From contig USFW01000002.1 of NCBI GenBank assembly GCA_900553985.1, forward strand, positions 875 to 64,874: a DNA stretch of 64,000 nucleotides, written 5' to 3'. A program made the position numbers and the translations under genes. Positions 31,392 to 42,193 of the stretch are shown one piece after another. Position 1 is the stretch's first letter. Every line of letters begins with the position of its first letter. Under the pieces are notes generated by a model. The model searched no databases, had not been told where the DNA came from, and was given only the letters and a program-made list of their open reading frames with translations. This stretch comes from an uncultured Clostridium sp. (GTDB lineage Bacteria > Bacillota > Clostridia > TANB77 > CAG-508).

Positions 31392-31756
31392 TAATAATTC
31401 CCCCTTTCCCATGGCCATGGTTCTTCTAGCCATCTCCATTTATTACATGGATAATTTATAGTTAATGGACCATACACTCTTTGATATTTATCTTTTAATT
31501 CTTTTACTTCTTTACAATATTTTCTATGCAAACATAGTGCTTTTTGATCTTCTGGGTGTGTATCAAGGTATAATGCCAATTCATTAATTGAAAATTCATA
31601 TGCTCTTATTTGTTGCATCATTTCCCTTCTTAAATCACAGTCTACTCTTCTTTCTGTCTCTTTACATTTCATGCATTCTTGTTCTTCTCTTTCTTCTACT
31701 GAATTCATTTGGCAGCTACAATTACAGTTACAATTTCTATTTTCTTCTATTGACAT
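31391..31756 (-). CDS. cotJB: Spore coat protein CotJB
   Basis: MQQIRAYEFSINELALYLDTHPEDQKAL signature. Confidence 0.8.
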   Translation of the reverse strand: MSIEENRNCNCNCSCQMNSVEEREEQECMKCKETERRVDCDLRREMMQQIRAYEFSINELALYLDTHPEDQKALCLHRKYCKEVKELKDKYQRVYGPLTINYPCNKWRWLEEPWPWERGNY

Positions 31757-32106
31757 TTATTACACCCCTTTCCTATCTTATTCATAGATTCAATATATCT
31801 TATTTCTTCCATTGATTGACAAGGTGCATATGGACTAACTAACTCTGGAAAAATTGTTCCCATTTTTAATCCCACTGCTGGCTTAAATACTCTATCCATA
31901 TATTGAATTGGTACATAACTCTGTGCTAACATTGGATTGTCAGGAAATACATTCATTTCTTCATCAAATCCACAGTCACAAGAATCGTTATAATTTTCAT
32001 ATGATATTACATTTTGACATTTATCTTCCATGATTTCTCTTTGTAATTCACATGAATTGTTTTTATAATTATTGTTCATACAATAACATTTTCTTCTATT
32101 AAACAT
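31747..32106 (-). CDS. cotJA: Spore coat-associated protein CotJA
   Basis: MLAQSYVPIQYMDRVFKPAVGLKMGTIFPELVSPY signature. It overlaps the cotJB start. Confidence 0.75.
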   Translation of the reverse strand: MFNRRKCYCMNNNYKNNSCELQREIMEDKCQNVISYENYNDSCDCGFDEEMNVFPDNPMLAQSYVPIQYMDRVFKPAVGLKMGTIFPELVSPYAPCQSMEEIRYIESMNKIGKGCNKCQ

Positions 32107-32411
32107 TTTTATTCCTCCTTTTTATACATTATATGTATTTTATTTATGAAATTGACACTTTTTAGAGATTTTCTTTAAAATTCAACTTTATTTAGGCAAA
32201 TTTTATGATAGTAAATTCATATATATTTAAATAAAAAGTTATAAATCTAAAATTCAATATTTTCTTTTTTAAATAAATTTTAATCTGAATTTATTCTTAC
32301 TTTGTTTAAAAAAATTAAGGCTTTCATATTATTTCCTATAATAAAAAAACATATCTGCAAAACTATAAATTTAGTTTCACAAATATGTTTTTTATTTATA
32401 TTTATTAAAAA

Positions 32412-33857
32412 TTATACTCTTGCAACTCCACCAATAACTTTGTTTTCTGCTGCATCTGGTAATATTTTAGAACCTCCTGCTAGAACTATTTTATCTCCTT
32501 TTTCTAACATAGAAGTTTTTTCTAATTCAGCAATTCCTTTTTGAATTGTATCTTCTATTGTTTTTCCATCTTTAACTAAGATTGGAGTTACATTCCATGC
32601 AACTGATAATTGATAGAAAGTTGATTCATTATCTGTTATTGCAAATATTGGACATCCAGGTCCCATACCAGCAATGTATCTTACTGAATCTCCTTTGTGT
32701 GTATATGCAACTATTGCATCTGCTTTTACTTGTTCAGCTGTTACACATGTAGTATATGCTATGTTTCTTTCTAAGTCTTCTGAATCTATTTTTTTGAAAT
32801 CTTTTTTGTTAAATCTTTTCCAGTAATTTACTGTTCCTTCAATTGCTTTAGATATTTTTACCATTGTTTCAACACATTCTACTGGATATTTTCCCATTGC
32901 ACATTCTCCTGAAAGCATTATGCAACTTGTTACATCATATACTGCATTTGCAACATCACTTACTTCTGCTCTTGTTGGTCTTGGACTTGATGTCATTGAT
33001 TCTAACATTTGTGTTGCTGTTACAACTGGTTTACCAACTTGATTACATCTTTTAATAAAATGTTTTTGAACAATTGGAACTTGTTCCATTGGTATTTCAA
33101 CACCCATATCTCCACGAGCTACCATTATTCCATCAGATAATTCTAATATTTCTTCAAAATTATCTATACCTTCTTGGCTTTCTATTTTTGATATTATTTT
33201 TATGTGTTCTCCACCGTTTTTATTTAATAATTCTCTTATAGCTTCAACATCTGATGCTCTTCTTACAAATGATGCAGCTATGAAATCAAATCCTGCTTTT
33301 ACTCCATTTGTTATATCTTCTATATCTTTTGGTGCTAATGCTGGTAAGTTTAATTTTAAACCTGGAACATTCATTGTTTTTCTGCTTCCTAATTTAGCTG
33401 TATTTAAAGCTTTACATTTTATGTCTTTTCCTTCTACTGAAACAACTTCAAATTCTATTGCTCCATCATCAACTAATATTTTAGCTCCTGGTTTTACATC
33501 TTTATATAAGTCTTTATATGTAACTGTTGTTTTTGTATTATTCCCAATTATATCATCATGTATAAATGTGAATTCTTGTCCTTCTTCTATTGTTACTTTT
33601 TCATCTCCACTTTCTAATTTTCCAGTTCTTATTTCTGGACCTTTTGTGTCTAATAATAAAGCAACTGGTTTATTTAATTTTTCTCTTACTCTTTTTATTG
33701 TTGCTATTTTTTCAGCGTTTTCTTCATATCCACCATGTGAAAAGTTGATTCTTGCTACATTTAGGCCTGCTTCTACTAATTTTGTAAACATTTCTTCACT
33801 TTCACTTGCTGGTCCTATTGTTCCTATTATGTTTGTTTTTCTTAAAACTTCTTTCAT
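32412..33857 (-). CDS. pyk: Pyruvate kinase
   Basis: TNIIGTIGPAS, NFSHG, LLDTKGPEIR, MVARGDMGVEIP and ATQMLESM motifs. Confidence 0.9.
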   Translation of the reverse strand: MKEVLRKTNIIGTIGPASESEEMFTKLVEAGLNVARINFSHGGYEENAEKIATIKRVREKLNKPVALLLDTKGPEIRTGKLESGDEKVTIEEGQEFTFIHDDIIGNNTKTTVTYKDLYKDVKPGAKILVDDGAIEFEVVSVEGKDIKCKALNTAKLGSRKTMNVPGLKLNLPALAPKDIEDITNGVKAGFDFIAASFVRRASDVEAIRELLNKNGGEHIKIISKIESQEGIDNFEEILELSDGIMVARGDMGVEIPMEQVPIVQKHFIKRCNQVGKPVVTATQMLESMTSSPRPTRAEVSDVANAVYDVTSCIMLSGECAMGKYPVECVETMVKISKAIEGTVNYWKRFNKKDFKKIDSEDLERNIAYTTCVTAEQVKADAIVAYTHKGDSVRYIAGMGPGCPIFAITDNESTFYQLSVAWNVTPILVKDGKTIEDTIQKGIAELEKTSMLEKGDKIVLAGGSKILPDAAENKVIGGVARV

Positions 33858-34055
33858 TTTTATTCCTCCCTTTCAAAACCGGTTTTTATTATATCACAAA
33901 ATACTACTATAATTCAATATTTTTTTCAAATTTTGTATTTATTTCCGGTTTTAACTAAAAATTAAAAAACTAGTCAAATATATTAAATGCTGTATAATAA
34001 TATAAAAAGACTACTTTTTAATATAAAGCTTTTTATATTATCAAGTAATCTTTAT

Positions 34056-34185
34056 TTTATTGTATAGGAAAAATCAACTTTTATCTTGACATTATATAAG
34101 ATTTTTTCCGTATCTAACAAGCAAACGTGACCTTTAAAAAGACCCGCGATAGCTTTACTAGTGTAGCTTCGCTACTTTTCTTATT
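34056..34185 (+). repeat. Intergenic repeat family 1, copy 2
   Basis: See 28027-28155. Same orientation, located between the thioesterase stop and the pyk start. Confidence 0.8.
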
Positions 34186-34197
34186 TTGATTAACCTA

Positions 34198-34923
34198 TTA
34201 ATACAATTCGATTATTGAATGTAAAACTTTTCCATCCTCACTTTGAATTACTACTACATTTTTACCTTCAACATTAGAATATTTTCCCACAACTTTTTCA
34301 CCTAATTTAGTTTCTTTTTTATACATTATCCTAACATTATCAAAAGGTCTTTCTTCGTAAATATCTTTAGGAAGAGCTTCATATGCAATATCTAAATAAT
34401 ATAAATTATGCATATGACCTATTACATCTATATCTCTTCTTTGAACTTGATATATTATTTCATTTTCAAAGTTTTCTGGAATATTCATTTTTGTAATTTC
34501 TTCATTTTCAAAAACCATCTTATCTATTTCAGATTGGTACTTCTCGGCCATTTCAGAATCCACCCTAGAAATTTTTCCTGTTTTACTATTTACTAATAAC
34601 CATTTTGATGTTGCTATTGCACATAAATTCATTTGCTCATCATATATTTCAAAATCACGATATGCATAAAATTTTTCTATTTTCCTTGACCATGTATGTA
34701 TTTCCAATTCTTGTCCATATTTAGGTCTTTTTAAAACTTTTACTTTCCAATCTAGTAATAACCAATTCAAATTTGTTTGTTTTGTAGTATTTACACCATA
34801 GCCTACACTATCAGAGTGATATGCTGCAATGTTTTCTAGATATTCTAGTATTGCAATATTACTTATCTCTTCACCTTTCCAAACATCTTTTAATCCTATT
34901 TTAAATTTTTCTTTATATATCAT
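34198..34923 (-). CDS. Acyl-ACP thioesterase
   Basis: Double hot-dog pattern: IAILEYLENIAAYHS...WLLLDWKVKVLKRPKYGQELEIHTW...DVIGHMHNLYYLD. I preferred the start MIYKEKF at 34923. Confidence 0.7.
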   Translation of the reverse strand: MIYKEKFKIGLKDVWKGEEISNIAILEYLENIAAYHSDSVGYGVNTTKQTNLNWLLLDWKVKVLKRPKYGQELEIHTWSRKIEKFYAYRDFEIYDEQMNLCAIATSKWLLVNSKTGKISRVDSEMAEKYQSEIDKMVFENEEITKMNIPENFENEIIYQVQRRDIDVIGHMHNLYYLDIAYEALPKDIYEERPFDNVRIMYKKETKLGEKVVGKYSNVEGKNVVVIQSEDGKVLHSIIELY

Positions 34924-35093
34924 TTTATATTGTGCCTCTTTTTCTATTAAATTTTTCCTATAAATTAAGATAATTCTTTGCAAGAAAATTGCATATATTT
35001 TTATTTATAAGTAACTTTATTTTTTAATAACATTTAATAATTCTTATTTTTATATTATAAAATTTAAAACATCCTATTTTCATGCAATAATAA

Positions 35094-36407
35094 TTAATAT
35101 CCTGGCTTCTTTAATAACTTAAACATGTTCTTTTTATATTTTTCTACTCCTGGTTGATTAAATGGATTTACTCCAAGTATCATTCCTGATACACTACATG
35201 CTTTCTCAAAGAAATATATTAATTCTCCTATATTTTCTTCATCTAATTTTTCTAATTCTATAACTATATTAGGTACATCTCCTGATACATGTGCTTTTAT
35301 AGTACCTTCCATAGCTTTTTTATTTACATAATCTAATCCTTTTCCAGCTAAATAATTTAATCCATCTAGATTATCTTCATCTACATTTATTGTTATATCT
35401 GAACTTGGATTTTTTATTGATATAACTGTTTCAAATAAATTTCTTCTACCTTCTTGTATATATTGTCCCATTGAATGTAAATCTGTTGTAAAATCAACTC
35501 CTGCTGGGAATATTCCTTTTTGCTCTTTTCCTTCACTTTCGCCATATAATTGTTTCCACCATTCTGTAAAATAGTGCATTTTAGGTTCATAATTTACTAA
35601 TATTTCTATATTTTTATATAGTTTATTTAAAATATTCCTTGCAACTGCATATTGATAACATTCATTATATTTCAAGTTTGAGTCATTATATCTTTCTTGT
35701 GCTATTCGTGCACCTTCCATTAATTTATCTATATCTATCCCTGCTGTTGCTATTGGTAATAATCCTACTGCTGTTAATACTGAATATCTTCCCCCTATAT
35801 TATCTGGAACAACAAATTGTTCATATCCTTCATTATCAGCTAATGTCTTTAATGCTCCTTTTTGTTTATCTGTCGTTGCATATATTCTGCTTCTAGCTTC
35901 TTCTATTCCATATTTATTTTCTAATATTTCTCTAAAAATTCTAAAAGCAACTGCTGGCTCTGTTGTTGTTCCCGATTTTGAAATTACATTTACTGAAAAA
36001 TCTTTATCTCCAATATATTCTATCAATTCGTTTATATAATTAGAACTTAAATTATTTCCCACATATAATACTTGAGGATATTTTCTTTGCTTGTTTGGTA
36101 ACATATTATAAAAAGAACTTGTTAAAGCCTCAATAACTGCTCTAGCTCCTAAATAAGACCCCCCTATTCCTATTACTACCAATATATCTGATTCTTTTTT
36201 TATCTTCTTTGCTGCTTTTTTTATTCTATCAAATTCTTTTTTATCATAATTGGTTGGTAATTCAAGCCATCCCACAAAATCATTTTCATCATTTGCTCTT
36301 CTATGTAAATCTTTATGTATATTTTCAACTTGTGCTTTATACTCTAAAATACTTTTTTGACTAATACCTGTTTCTTTCAAATTTAATTTAATATTCATCC
36401 TTTGCAT
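35094..36407 (-). CDS. pgi: Glucose-6-phosphate isomerase
   Basis: [28 protein letters not shown] and LYGESEGK motifs. Confidence 0.9.
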   Translation of the reverse strand: MQRMNIKLNLKETGISQKSILEYKAQVENIHKDLHRRANDENDFVGWLELPTNYDKKEFDRIKKAAKKIKKESDILVVIGIGGSYLGARAVIEALTSSFYNMLPNKQRKYPQVLYVGNNLSSNYINELIEYIGDKDFSVNVISKSGTTTEPAVAFRIFREILENKYGIEEARSRIYATTDKQKGALKTLADNEGYEQFVVPDNIGGRYSVLTAVGLLPIATAGIDIDKLMEGARIAQERYNDSNLKYNECYQYAVARNILNKLYKNIEILVNYEPKMHYFTEWWKQLYGESEGKEQKGIFPAGVDFTTDLHSMGQYIQEGRRNLFETVISIKNPSSDITINVDEDNLDGLNYLAGKGLDYVNKKAMEGTIKAHVSGDVPNIVIELEKLDEENIGELIYFFEKACSVSGMILGVNPFNQPGVEKYKKNMFKLLKKPGY

Positions 36408-36503
36408 ACCTCTTTTCTACTTTATTCTAAGTTATTATATACAACTAGATAATTTATTTCAATAGAATTTTTGATTTTATTTAACAAGTTAATGTTGTTC
36501 GTT

Positions 36504-36566
36504 ATAGAGTAGCTGGAAATAGTTGATAATTATAATTATCAACTATTTCCAGTGGCTAACTTGCAA
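36504..36566. repeat. Intergenic repeat family 2, copy B (contains a perfect 40-bp palindrome)
   Basis: CTGGAAATAGTTGATAATTATAATTATCAACTATTTCCAG (36512-36551). The flanks TAGAGTAG.. and ..TGGCTAACTTGCAAA match copy A. Confidence 0.8.
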
Positions 36567-36573
36567 AGCCCCC

Positions 36574-37843
36574 TTATTTACTCGCAATAACTTCATCTAT
36601 GACTTTTGCCAAATATTTCATACTAGTCAAACACTGCTCCATTGTATTTCCTGTCGCCCCAACTTCTATTATACTTGCATATTTCCCAGCATGCTGATTA
36701 TATCTAGAAGTTGTAAGCATTATAGGTTTAAAAAGTCCAGGATACATCTCTTCTGCTTTTTCTTGTATCTTTATTGCAAATTTTAAATTTTGATTCCAAT
36801 TAGGATGCCATAATCCCCCGTTATTAGTACCTATTACAAACATTATTTGTGCTGCTACATCATTTTCCCCTATTTTTACTATCGGTGCATAATCACTTCT
36901 ACTGCCTATTGCATCTCTATGTAAGTCTATTATTATGTCTGATGGATTTGTCTTTAATAAGCTTTCTACTGTTTTTAATGATTTAGTATATGAACCATTA
37001 TATGAAGGATAATCATTATAACTTGTATCATGAATTACATTATAGCCATATTGTTGCAACTGATTTGTAAGTTCTGTACCTACTCTTGTTACTGTGAAAT
37101 TTAAGTCTGTTGTTCTAAAATTTCCTGTTTGAGTATATTGATAATTTGGACTTGGAGTATAACTTTCACAACTATGTGTATGAAATAACATTATATTTTT
37201 ATTTTCTATTGTAATGTCTGGCGTTAACATTTCTTGTGTTAATTTATAGTCTGTTTGATTTTTTATTTTTACTTTTCCATATTCTACATTATAACTTTCT
37301 TTTATAGGATTATTAGTAATAATTTCAGTTTTTAGTCCTGTTCCGAGCTACTTCAACATTTTCTTCTTTTTTCTCTTCTTGATTATTTTTGTTTTCTTCT
37401 TGTTTCTCCATATTTTCTTGCTTATTATCTTTACTATCTTGTTTATCATCTTTCTCTTTTTCTTTATCATTAATTTTATTGTTTTCTTCTTTTTCTAATC
37501 CATTTATTAAACTTATTTGAGTTCCTATTATACTGTGCAAAATATTTTTATTGTCATTTTCTTTTATATCATCCTCACTCGATACTTTTTTATATTCTTC
37601 ATTAACTTGTGCCATTACTGGTATAGAAGTATCTAAACAAGCAAGTAGATTTTTACTAAAAAAACTACTTGCTGTGTTTTGAACATTTTGTTCTATTTTT
37701 TTTACATTTTCTTTTGTACTTGCAACATATTTAGTTGTTACAAATACTACTAAAATTAATACGAATATGCACATTATGTACTTGATAATATCTTTCATTT
37801 TTAAAACAGCTACATTAAACATATATTTTTCTCCTTGTCCCAA
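36574..37843 (-). pseudogene. spoIIP: Stage II sporulation protein P, split by a frameshift
   Basis: The N-terminal TM and K/E-rich linker are in ORF 37325-37843. The amidase-like part (IMLFHTHSCESYTP...DLHRDA...) is in ORF 36574-37230, whose frame stays open upstream to about 37305 (LGTGLKTEIITNNP...). The break is at an A-run near 37290-37300. Confidence 0.7.
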
Positions 37844-38015
37844 CTTCTCCTATATATATGTATATGCTATTTTAAAAATTTTATTACTATTTTTTTATTA
37901 ATTTCATTTTATATATTAACTCAATCATTAACTATAAAATCTTTTTTTGTCTTAATTTTATATATTAATTTGTTTTTTAACTTTCATAAATAAATTTTAG
38001 ATATTTCTTAAAATT

Positions 38016-41000
38016 TTAAAAAACTTTTTCTTCTACCCTTACATTTGTTTTACCAATTATGTCTTCAAAAACTTTTAAAATCTCATCATTACAATATATT
38101 GCCCCACATGATGCATTATCTTCTCCTACTTTTACAAATACATTTATATTATTTCTATCTCCCTTGAAATATTTTATAGCTCCTCGTAATTTTGCTTTTT
38201 CCTCTTCTGGAGTTTCTGTTATATCAAGCATTAATACTTTTTGCTTTTGATCTCCAAATTCTTTTATTTCATTAGCTACAATTTTTGTTTCTTCATCTTC
38301 TCTGATACTCAACCTTCCTTCTACAATAACAATGTTTTCTTCTACCAAACTACTACCAGAATTTATATATGCATTTTCAAACACAATTACCTCTGCCTGT
38401 CCATATAAATCTTCTATTGTAACAAATGCCATAATTTTATTATTTTTTGTATATTTTTTCTTTATTGATGTTATTATTCCTGCATATTTTACTTTTTGCC
38501 CATCTATATATTTGCTTTTTTCTTGACTCATATTTTCCATATCAAATTGTGATGAATTTTGCTCATCTATTTTTTTCATTTCTAATGTATTTATATTTGT
38601 TTGCATTTCTATTTGATGTCTTATTTTTTTCAATGGATGTCCTGATATATATATTCCTAGCATTTCTTTTTCAATAGATAGTAATTCTTTACTTGATAGT
38701 TCTTCATGTTCATCAAACTTGTACTTTATCTCTTCCATCTCTTCTTTATCTTCACTAGACCCTAAATCAAACATTGATACTTGTCCTGCAAATCCTTTTT
38801 TCTTACTAGATTGTATTACATCTATAATATTTTCAAATGATGCTAATAATGTGCTTCTGGTTTGCTCAAAATTATCAAATACTCCCGCTTTTATAAGACT
38901 TTCTACACATTTTTTATTAACAGCTTCATCTGCTATTCTTTCACAGAAGTCTGTAAAACTTTTATATTTACCATTTTCTTTTCTTTCTCTTACAATATTA
39001 TCAACTGGTACAGTTCCTACATTTTTAATACTTCCTAAACCAAATCTAATTTTCCCATCTTCAACAGTAAATTTTGTGATACTTTTGTTTATATCTGGTT
39101 TTAATATTTCTATTCCTAAGGCTTTACATTCATCTATATATTGTGGAATTTTATCTAAATTTCCTAAAAAACTGTTTAAAGTAGCTGCCATAAATTCTGC
39201 TGGATAATATGCTTTTAAATAAGCTGTTCTATATGCTACAACAGCATAACAAGCTGCATGAGATTTATTAAATGCATATTTAGCAAACTCTGCCATCTCG
39301 TCAAAAATCTTATCTGCTGATTTTTCGTCTATTCCATTTCTAACACATCCTGGTACTACTACATTTCCATTTTCATCTTCTTGTCCATGTATAAAAACTT
39401 CTCTTTCTTTTGCCATTACATCTAGTTTCTTTTTTCCCATAGCTCTTCTAACTAGATCAGCTCTTCCTAAAGAATAACCAGCTAAATCTCTAACTATTTG
39501 CATAACTTGTTCTTGATATACCATACATCCATATGTTACATTTAAAATTGGCTCTAAGCTTGGATGAGTATATTCATTATGTCCTGGATTTTGTTTTCCT
39601 CTTATATATCTTGGAATTTGGTCCATTGGTCCTGGTCTATATAAAGATACTCCAGCTATTATATCTTCTAAACAGTCTGGTTTTAACTCTTTCATAAAGT
39701 TTGTCATACCTTGTGACTCGAACTGGAATATTCCACATGATTTACCTTCTTGCCATAGTTTATATACCTTAGGGTCTGCCATTTCCTTATCAAATTCTAC
39801 ATCTATACCCCTATTTTGTTTTACTAAATTTATTGTATCTTGAATTACAGTTAAAGTTCTTAGTCCCAAAAAGTCCATTTTTAATAATCCAAGTTCTTCT
39901 AATGTGGTCATAATATATTGTGTTGATATCTGGTTATCTCTAACATATAAAGGTACATATGTATCTACTGGGTCTTTTGTAATTACTATACCACATGCAT
40001 GTGTTGAAGCCTGTCTTGGCATTCCTTCTAAGCCCATTGCTATATCTAAAATATTTTTTACTTGTGCATCATTTTCATATTGCTCTTTTAATTCTTTGTT
40101 TTGTTCTAGAGCCTTTTTTATTGTTATATGCAATTCATTTGGTATCATTTTTGCAAGGCTATCTGCTTGTGCATATGGAATATCTAAAACTCTTGAAACA
40201 TCTCTTATTACCATCCTTGCTGACATAGTTCCAAAAGTTATTATCTGTGAAACATGATCATGTCCATATTTTCTTGATACATAATCAATAACCTCTTGTC
40301 TTCTTTCATAACAAAAATCAACATCAAAATCTGGCATACTTACTCTTTCAGGATTTAAAAATCTTTCAAAGATAAGTCCATATTTTATTGGATCTATATC
40401 TGTAATTCCTATTGAATATGCTAAAATAGAACCTGCGCCAGAACCACGCCCTGGTCCTACTGGGATTCCTACTGATTTAGCATAATGAATAAAATCCCAT
40501 ACAATAAGATAGTAGTCTACATATCCCATCTTTTTTATTACACCTAATTCATATTCTGCTCTATCTAAAATTTCTTTAGATGGATTTTCTCCATATCTTT
40601 CAATAAGACCATCATCACATAGTTTCTTCAAGTAATCGTAGTGTGTTTCAAATTCTTCTGGTACATCATAATTAGGTAATATAGTATGACCAAATTCAAA
40701 TTCCACATTACATTTCTCTGCAATTTTTACTGTATTTTCAATCGCATCAGGAAAATTCGCAAAATATTCTATCATTTCTTCTGGAGATTTTACATATAAC
40801 TCATCTGTTTCAAATTTCATTCTATCAGGGTCACTCATTCTTTTTCCTGTTTGAATACACAATAATACCTCATGATTATATGCATATTCTCTTTTTAAAT
40901 AATGTGCATCATTTGTGGCAACTAATGGAATATCTAATTTTCTAGCTAGTTTTATTAATTTTTGGTTTGCCAATACTTGCTCTTTTATACCATTGTTTTG

Positions 41001-41522
41001 GATTTCAATATAATAATCTTCTCCAAATACTTTTTTATGCCATAATGCTATTTCCTCTGCTTTTTCTTCTTGTCCATTAAGTAATGCTTGGTTTACTGCT
41101 CCTGCTAGACATGCACTTAAGCAGATTAGTCCTTCACTATATTTTTCTAAAATTTCTAAATCTATTCTAGGTTTATAATAATATCCATCTACAAATCCTA
41201 ATGATACTAATTTACTTAGGTTTTTATATCCTTGATTATTTTTTGCTAATAATATAAGGTGATTATATCTATTGTCAATATTAGGTTCTTTGTCAAATCT
41301 CGAACGTGGTGCAACATATACTTCACATCCTATTATTGGTTTTATTCCTTCTTTTTTACAAGCTTTATAAAAATCTATTGCACCATACATTACTCCATGG
41401 TCTGTAAGAGCAATTGCTTTCATTCCTAGCTCTTTTGCTCTTATTGGTAAATCTTTTATTCTATTTGCTCCATCTAATAAACTAAACTCACTATGTATAT
41501 GTAAATGCACGAAATCTGACAT
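38016..41522 (-). CDS. dnaE: DNA polymerase III alpha subunit (DnaE type)
   Basis: PHP domain MSDFVHLHIHSEFSLLDGA, palm/fingers PDFDVDF...GLLKMDFLGL, and a C-terminal OB fold. 1168 aa. Confidence 0.92.
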   Translation of the reverse strand: MSDFVHLHIHSEFSLLDGANRIKDLPIRAKELGMKAIALTDHGVMYGAIDFYKACKKEGIKPIIGCEVYVAPRSRFDKEPNIDNRYNHLILLAKNNQGYKNLSKLVSLGFVDGYYYKPRIDLEILEKYSEGLICLSACLAGAVNQALLNGQEEKAEEIALWHKKVFGEDYYIEIQNNGIKEQVLANQKLIKLARKLDIPLVATNDAHYLKREYAYNHEVLLCIQTGKRMSDPDRMKFETDELYVKSPEEMIEYFANFPDAIENTVKIAEKCNVEFEFGHTILPNYDVPEEFETHYDYLKKLCDDGLIERYGENPSKEILDRAEYELGVIKKMGYVDYYLIVWDFIHYAKSVGIPVGPGRGSGAGSILAYSIGITDIDPIKYGLIFERFLNPERVSMPDFDVDFCYERRQEVIDYVSRKYGHDHVSQIITFGTMSARMVIRDVSRVLDIPYAQADSLAKMIPNELHITIKKALEQNKELKEQYENDAQVKNILDIAMGLEGMPRQASTHACGIVITKDPVDTYVPLYVRDNQISTQYIMTTLEELGLLKMDFLGLRTLTVIQDTINLVKQNRGIDVEFDKEMADPKVYKLWQEGKSCGIFQFESQGMTNFMKELKPDCLEDIIAGVSLYRPGPMDQIPRYIRGKQNPGHNEYTHPSLEPILNVTYGCMVYQEQVMQIVRDLAGYSLGRADLVRRAMGKKKLDVMAKEREVFIHGQEDENGNVVVPGCVRNGIDEKSADKIFDEMAEFAKYAFNKSHAACYAVVAYRTAYLKAYYPAEFMAATLNSFLGNLDKIPQYIDECKALGIEILKPDINKSITKFTVEDGKIRFGLGSIKNVGTVPVDNIVRERKENGKYKSFTDFCERIADEAVNKKCVESLIKAGVFDNFEQTRSTLLASFENIIDVIQSSKKKGFAGQVSMFDLGSSEDKEEMEEIKYKFDEHEELSSKELLSIEKEMLGIYISGHPLKKIRHQIEMQTNINTLEMKKIDEQNSSQFDMENMSQEKSKYIDGQKVKYAGIITSIKKKYTKNNKIMAFVTIEDLYGQAEVIVFENAYINSGSSLVEENIVIVEGRLSIREDEETKIVANEIKEFGDQKQKVLMLDITETPEEEKAKLRGAIKYFKGDRNNINVFVKVGEDNASCGAIYCNDEILKVFEDIIGKTNVRVEEKVF

Positions 41523-41590
41523 TAGTTTTTCCTCCCAAATCTTTATTTTTTCGTTATTATATCATTTATTTTTTATATAATCTACTAGTT

Positions 41591-41632
41591 AAAGAAATAA
41601 AAAGGTAACTTTCGTTACCTTTTTATTTCTTT
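41591..41632 (-). terminator. Terminator downstream of the 103-aa ORF
   Basis: AAAGAAATAAAAAGGTAAC tttc GTTACCTTTTTATTTCTTT forms a perfect 19-bp stem. Confidence 0.7.
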
Positions 41633-41642
41633 AATTATCTAG

Positions 41643-41954
41643 CTAACACCCAAACCATTTATTTATAATTGCCCACATAATAGTATGAGTACGCCTTACA
41701 GGTATATCTTCCAGATTACCATTTTCTAAGTAGCATTGAATACTTGGTATATCTTTCGAATTGTTTCTTGTAACATCAAGTTGAATTTTTACTGTCTGTG
41801 GTAAATATTGGCTAAGTTTTGTAGAAACTTCATTATCATTTTTATAAAAATCTTTAATGAAATTCATTAGTTCAGCTTGAGATTCCCTTAGTATTTTTCC
41901 TTGAAAAACTATCTTCCCATTTTCTTTCCGTTCTACTTTAATAGTCTCTTTCAT
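41643..41954 (-). CDS. Hypothetical protein, 103 aa
   Basis: ORF with RBS AGGAGG. No motif recognised. Confidence 0.4.
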   Translation of the reverse strand: MKETIKVERKENGKIVFQGKILRESQAELMNFIKDFYKNDNEVSTKLSQYLPQTVKIQLDVTRNNSKDIPSIQCYLENGNLEDIPVRRTHTIMWAIINKWFGC

Positions 41955-42099
41955 TTAACATACCTCCTAAAAAAACTATATTTACAGTTCTCTTTTAGCA
42001 ATTTTCTTGCTAAAATACACAAAAGCTTTTTGCTTTCTTGAAGTATTATATCAAAATTACCAAATAAAAACAACTATTTTTTTCACTTTGAAAATATTT

Positions 42100-42147
42100 A
42101 ATAAAAAGAACTATGCTAGAATCTAAAAACTTTCTAGTATAGTTCTT
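42100..42147 (-). terminator. Terminator after rubrerythrin
   Basis: AAGAACTATGCTAGAA / TTCTAGTATAGTTCTT stem, with a T-run on the minus strand. Confidence 0.6.
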
Positions 42148-42193
42148 AATTAATTTTATACCAATTTAAAATCTTTATTTACTAATAAGATTA

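Noticed and set aside
32302-32544. An 80-aa plus-strand ORF at the 3' end of pyk.
   Set aside because: It overlaps the pyk C-terminus in antisense and runs through its downstream AT-rich region. It has no RBS.
33202-33912. 236-aa plus-strand ORF, and many other 60-190 aa ORFs antisense to real genes. Examples: 4498-5031, 11841-12395, 21921-22502, 38719-39207, 39904-40257, 56449-56790, 59766-60173, 1689-2205, 6333-6843.
   Set aside because: They lie entirely inside well-supported genes on the opposite strand. Their Leu/Phe/Ile/Ser-rich low-complexity translations are typical of antisense frames in AT-rich DNA. They also lack RBS and motifs.
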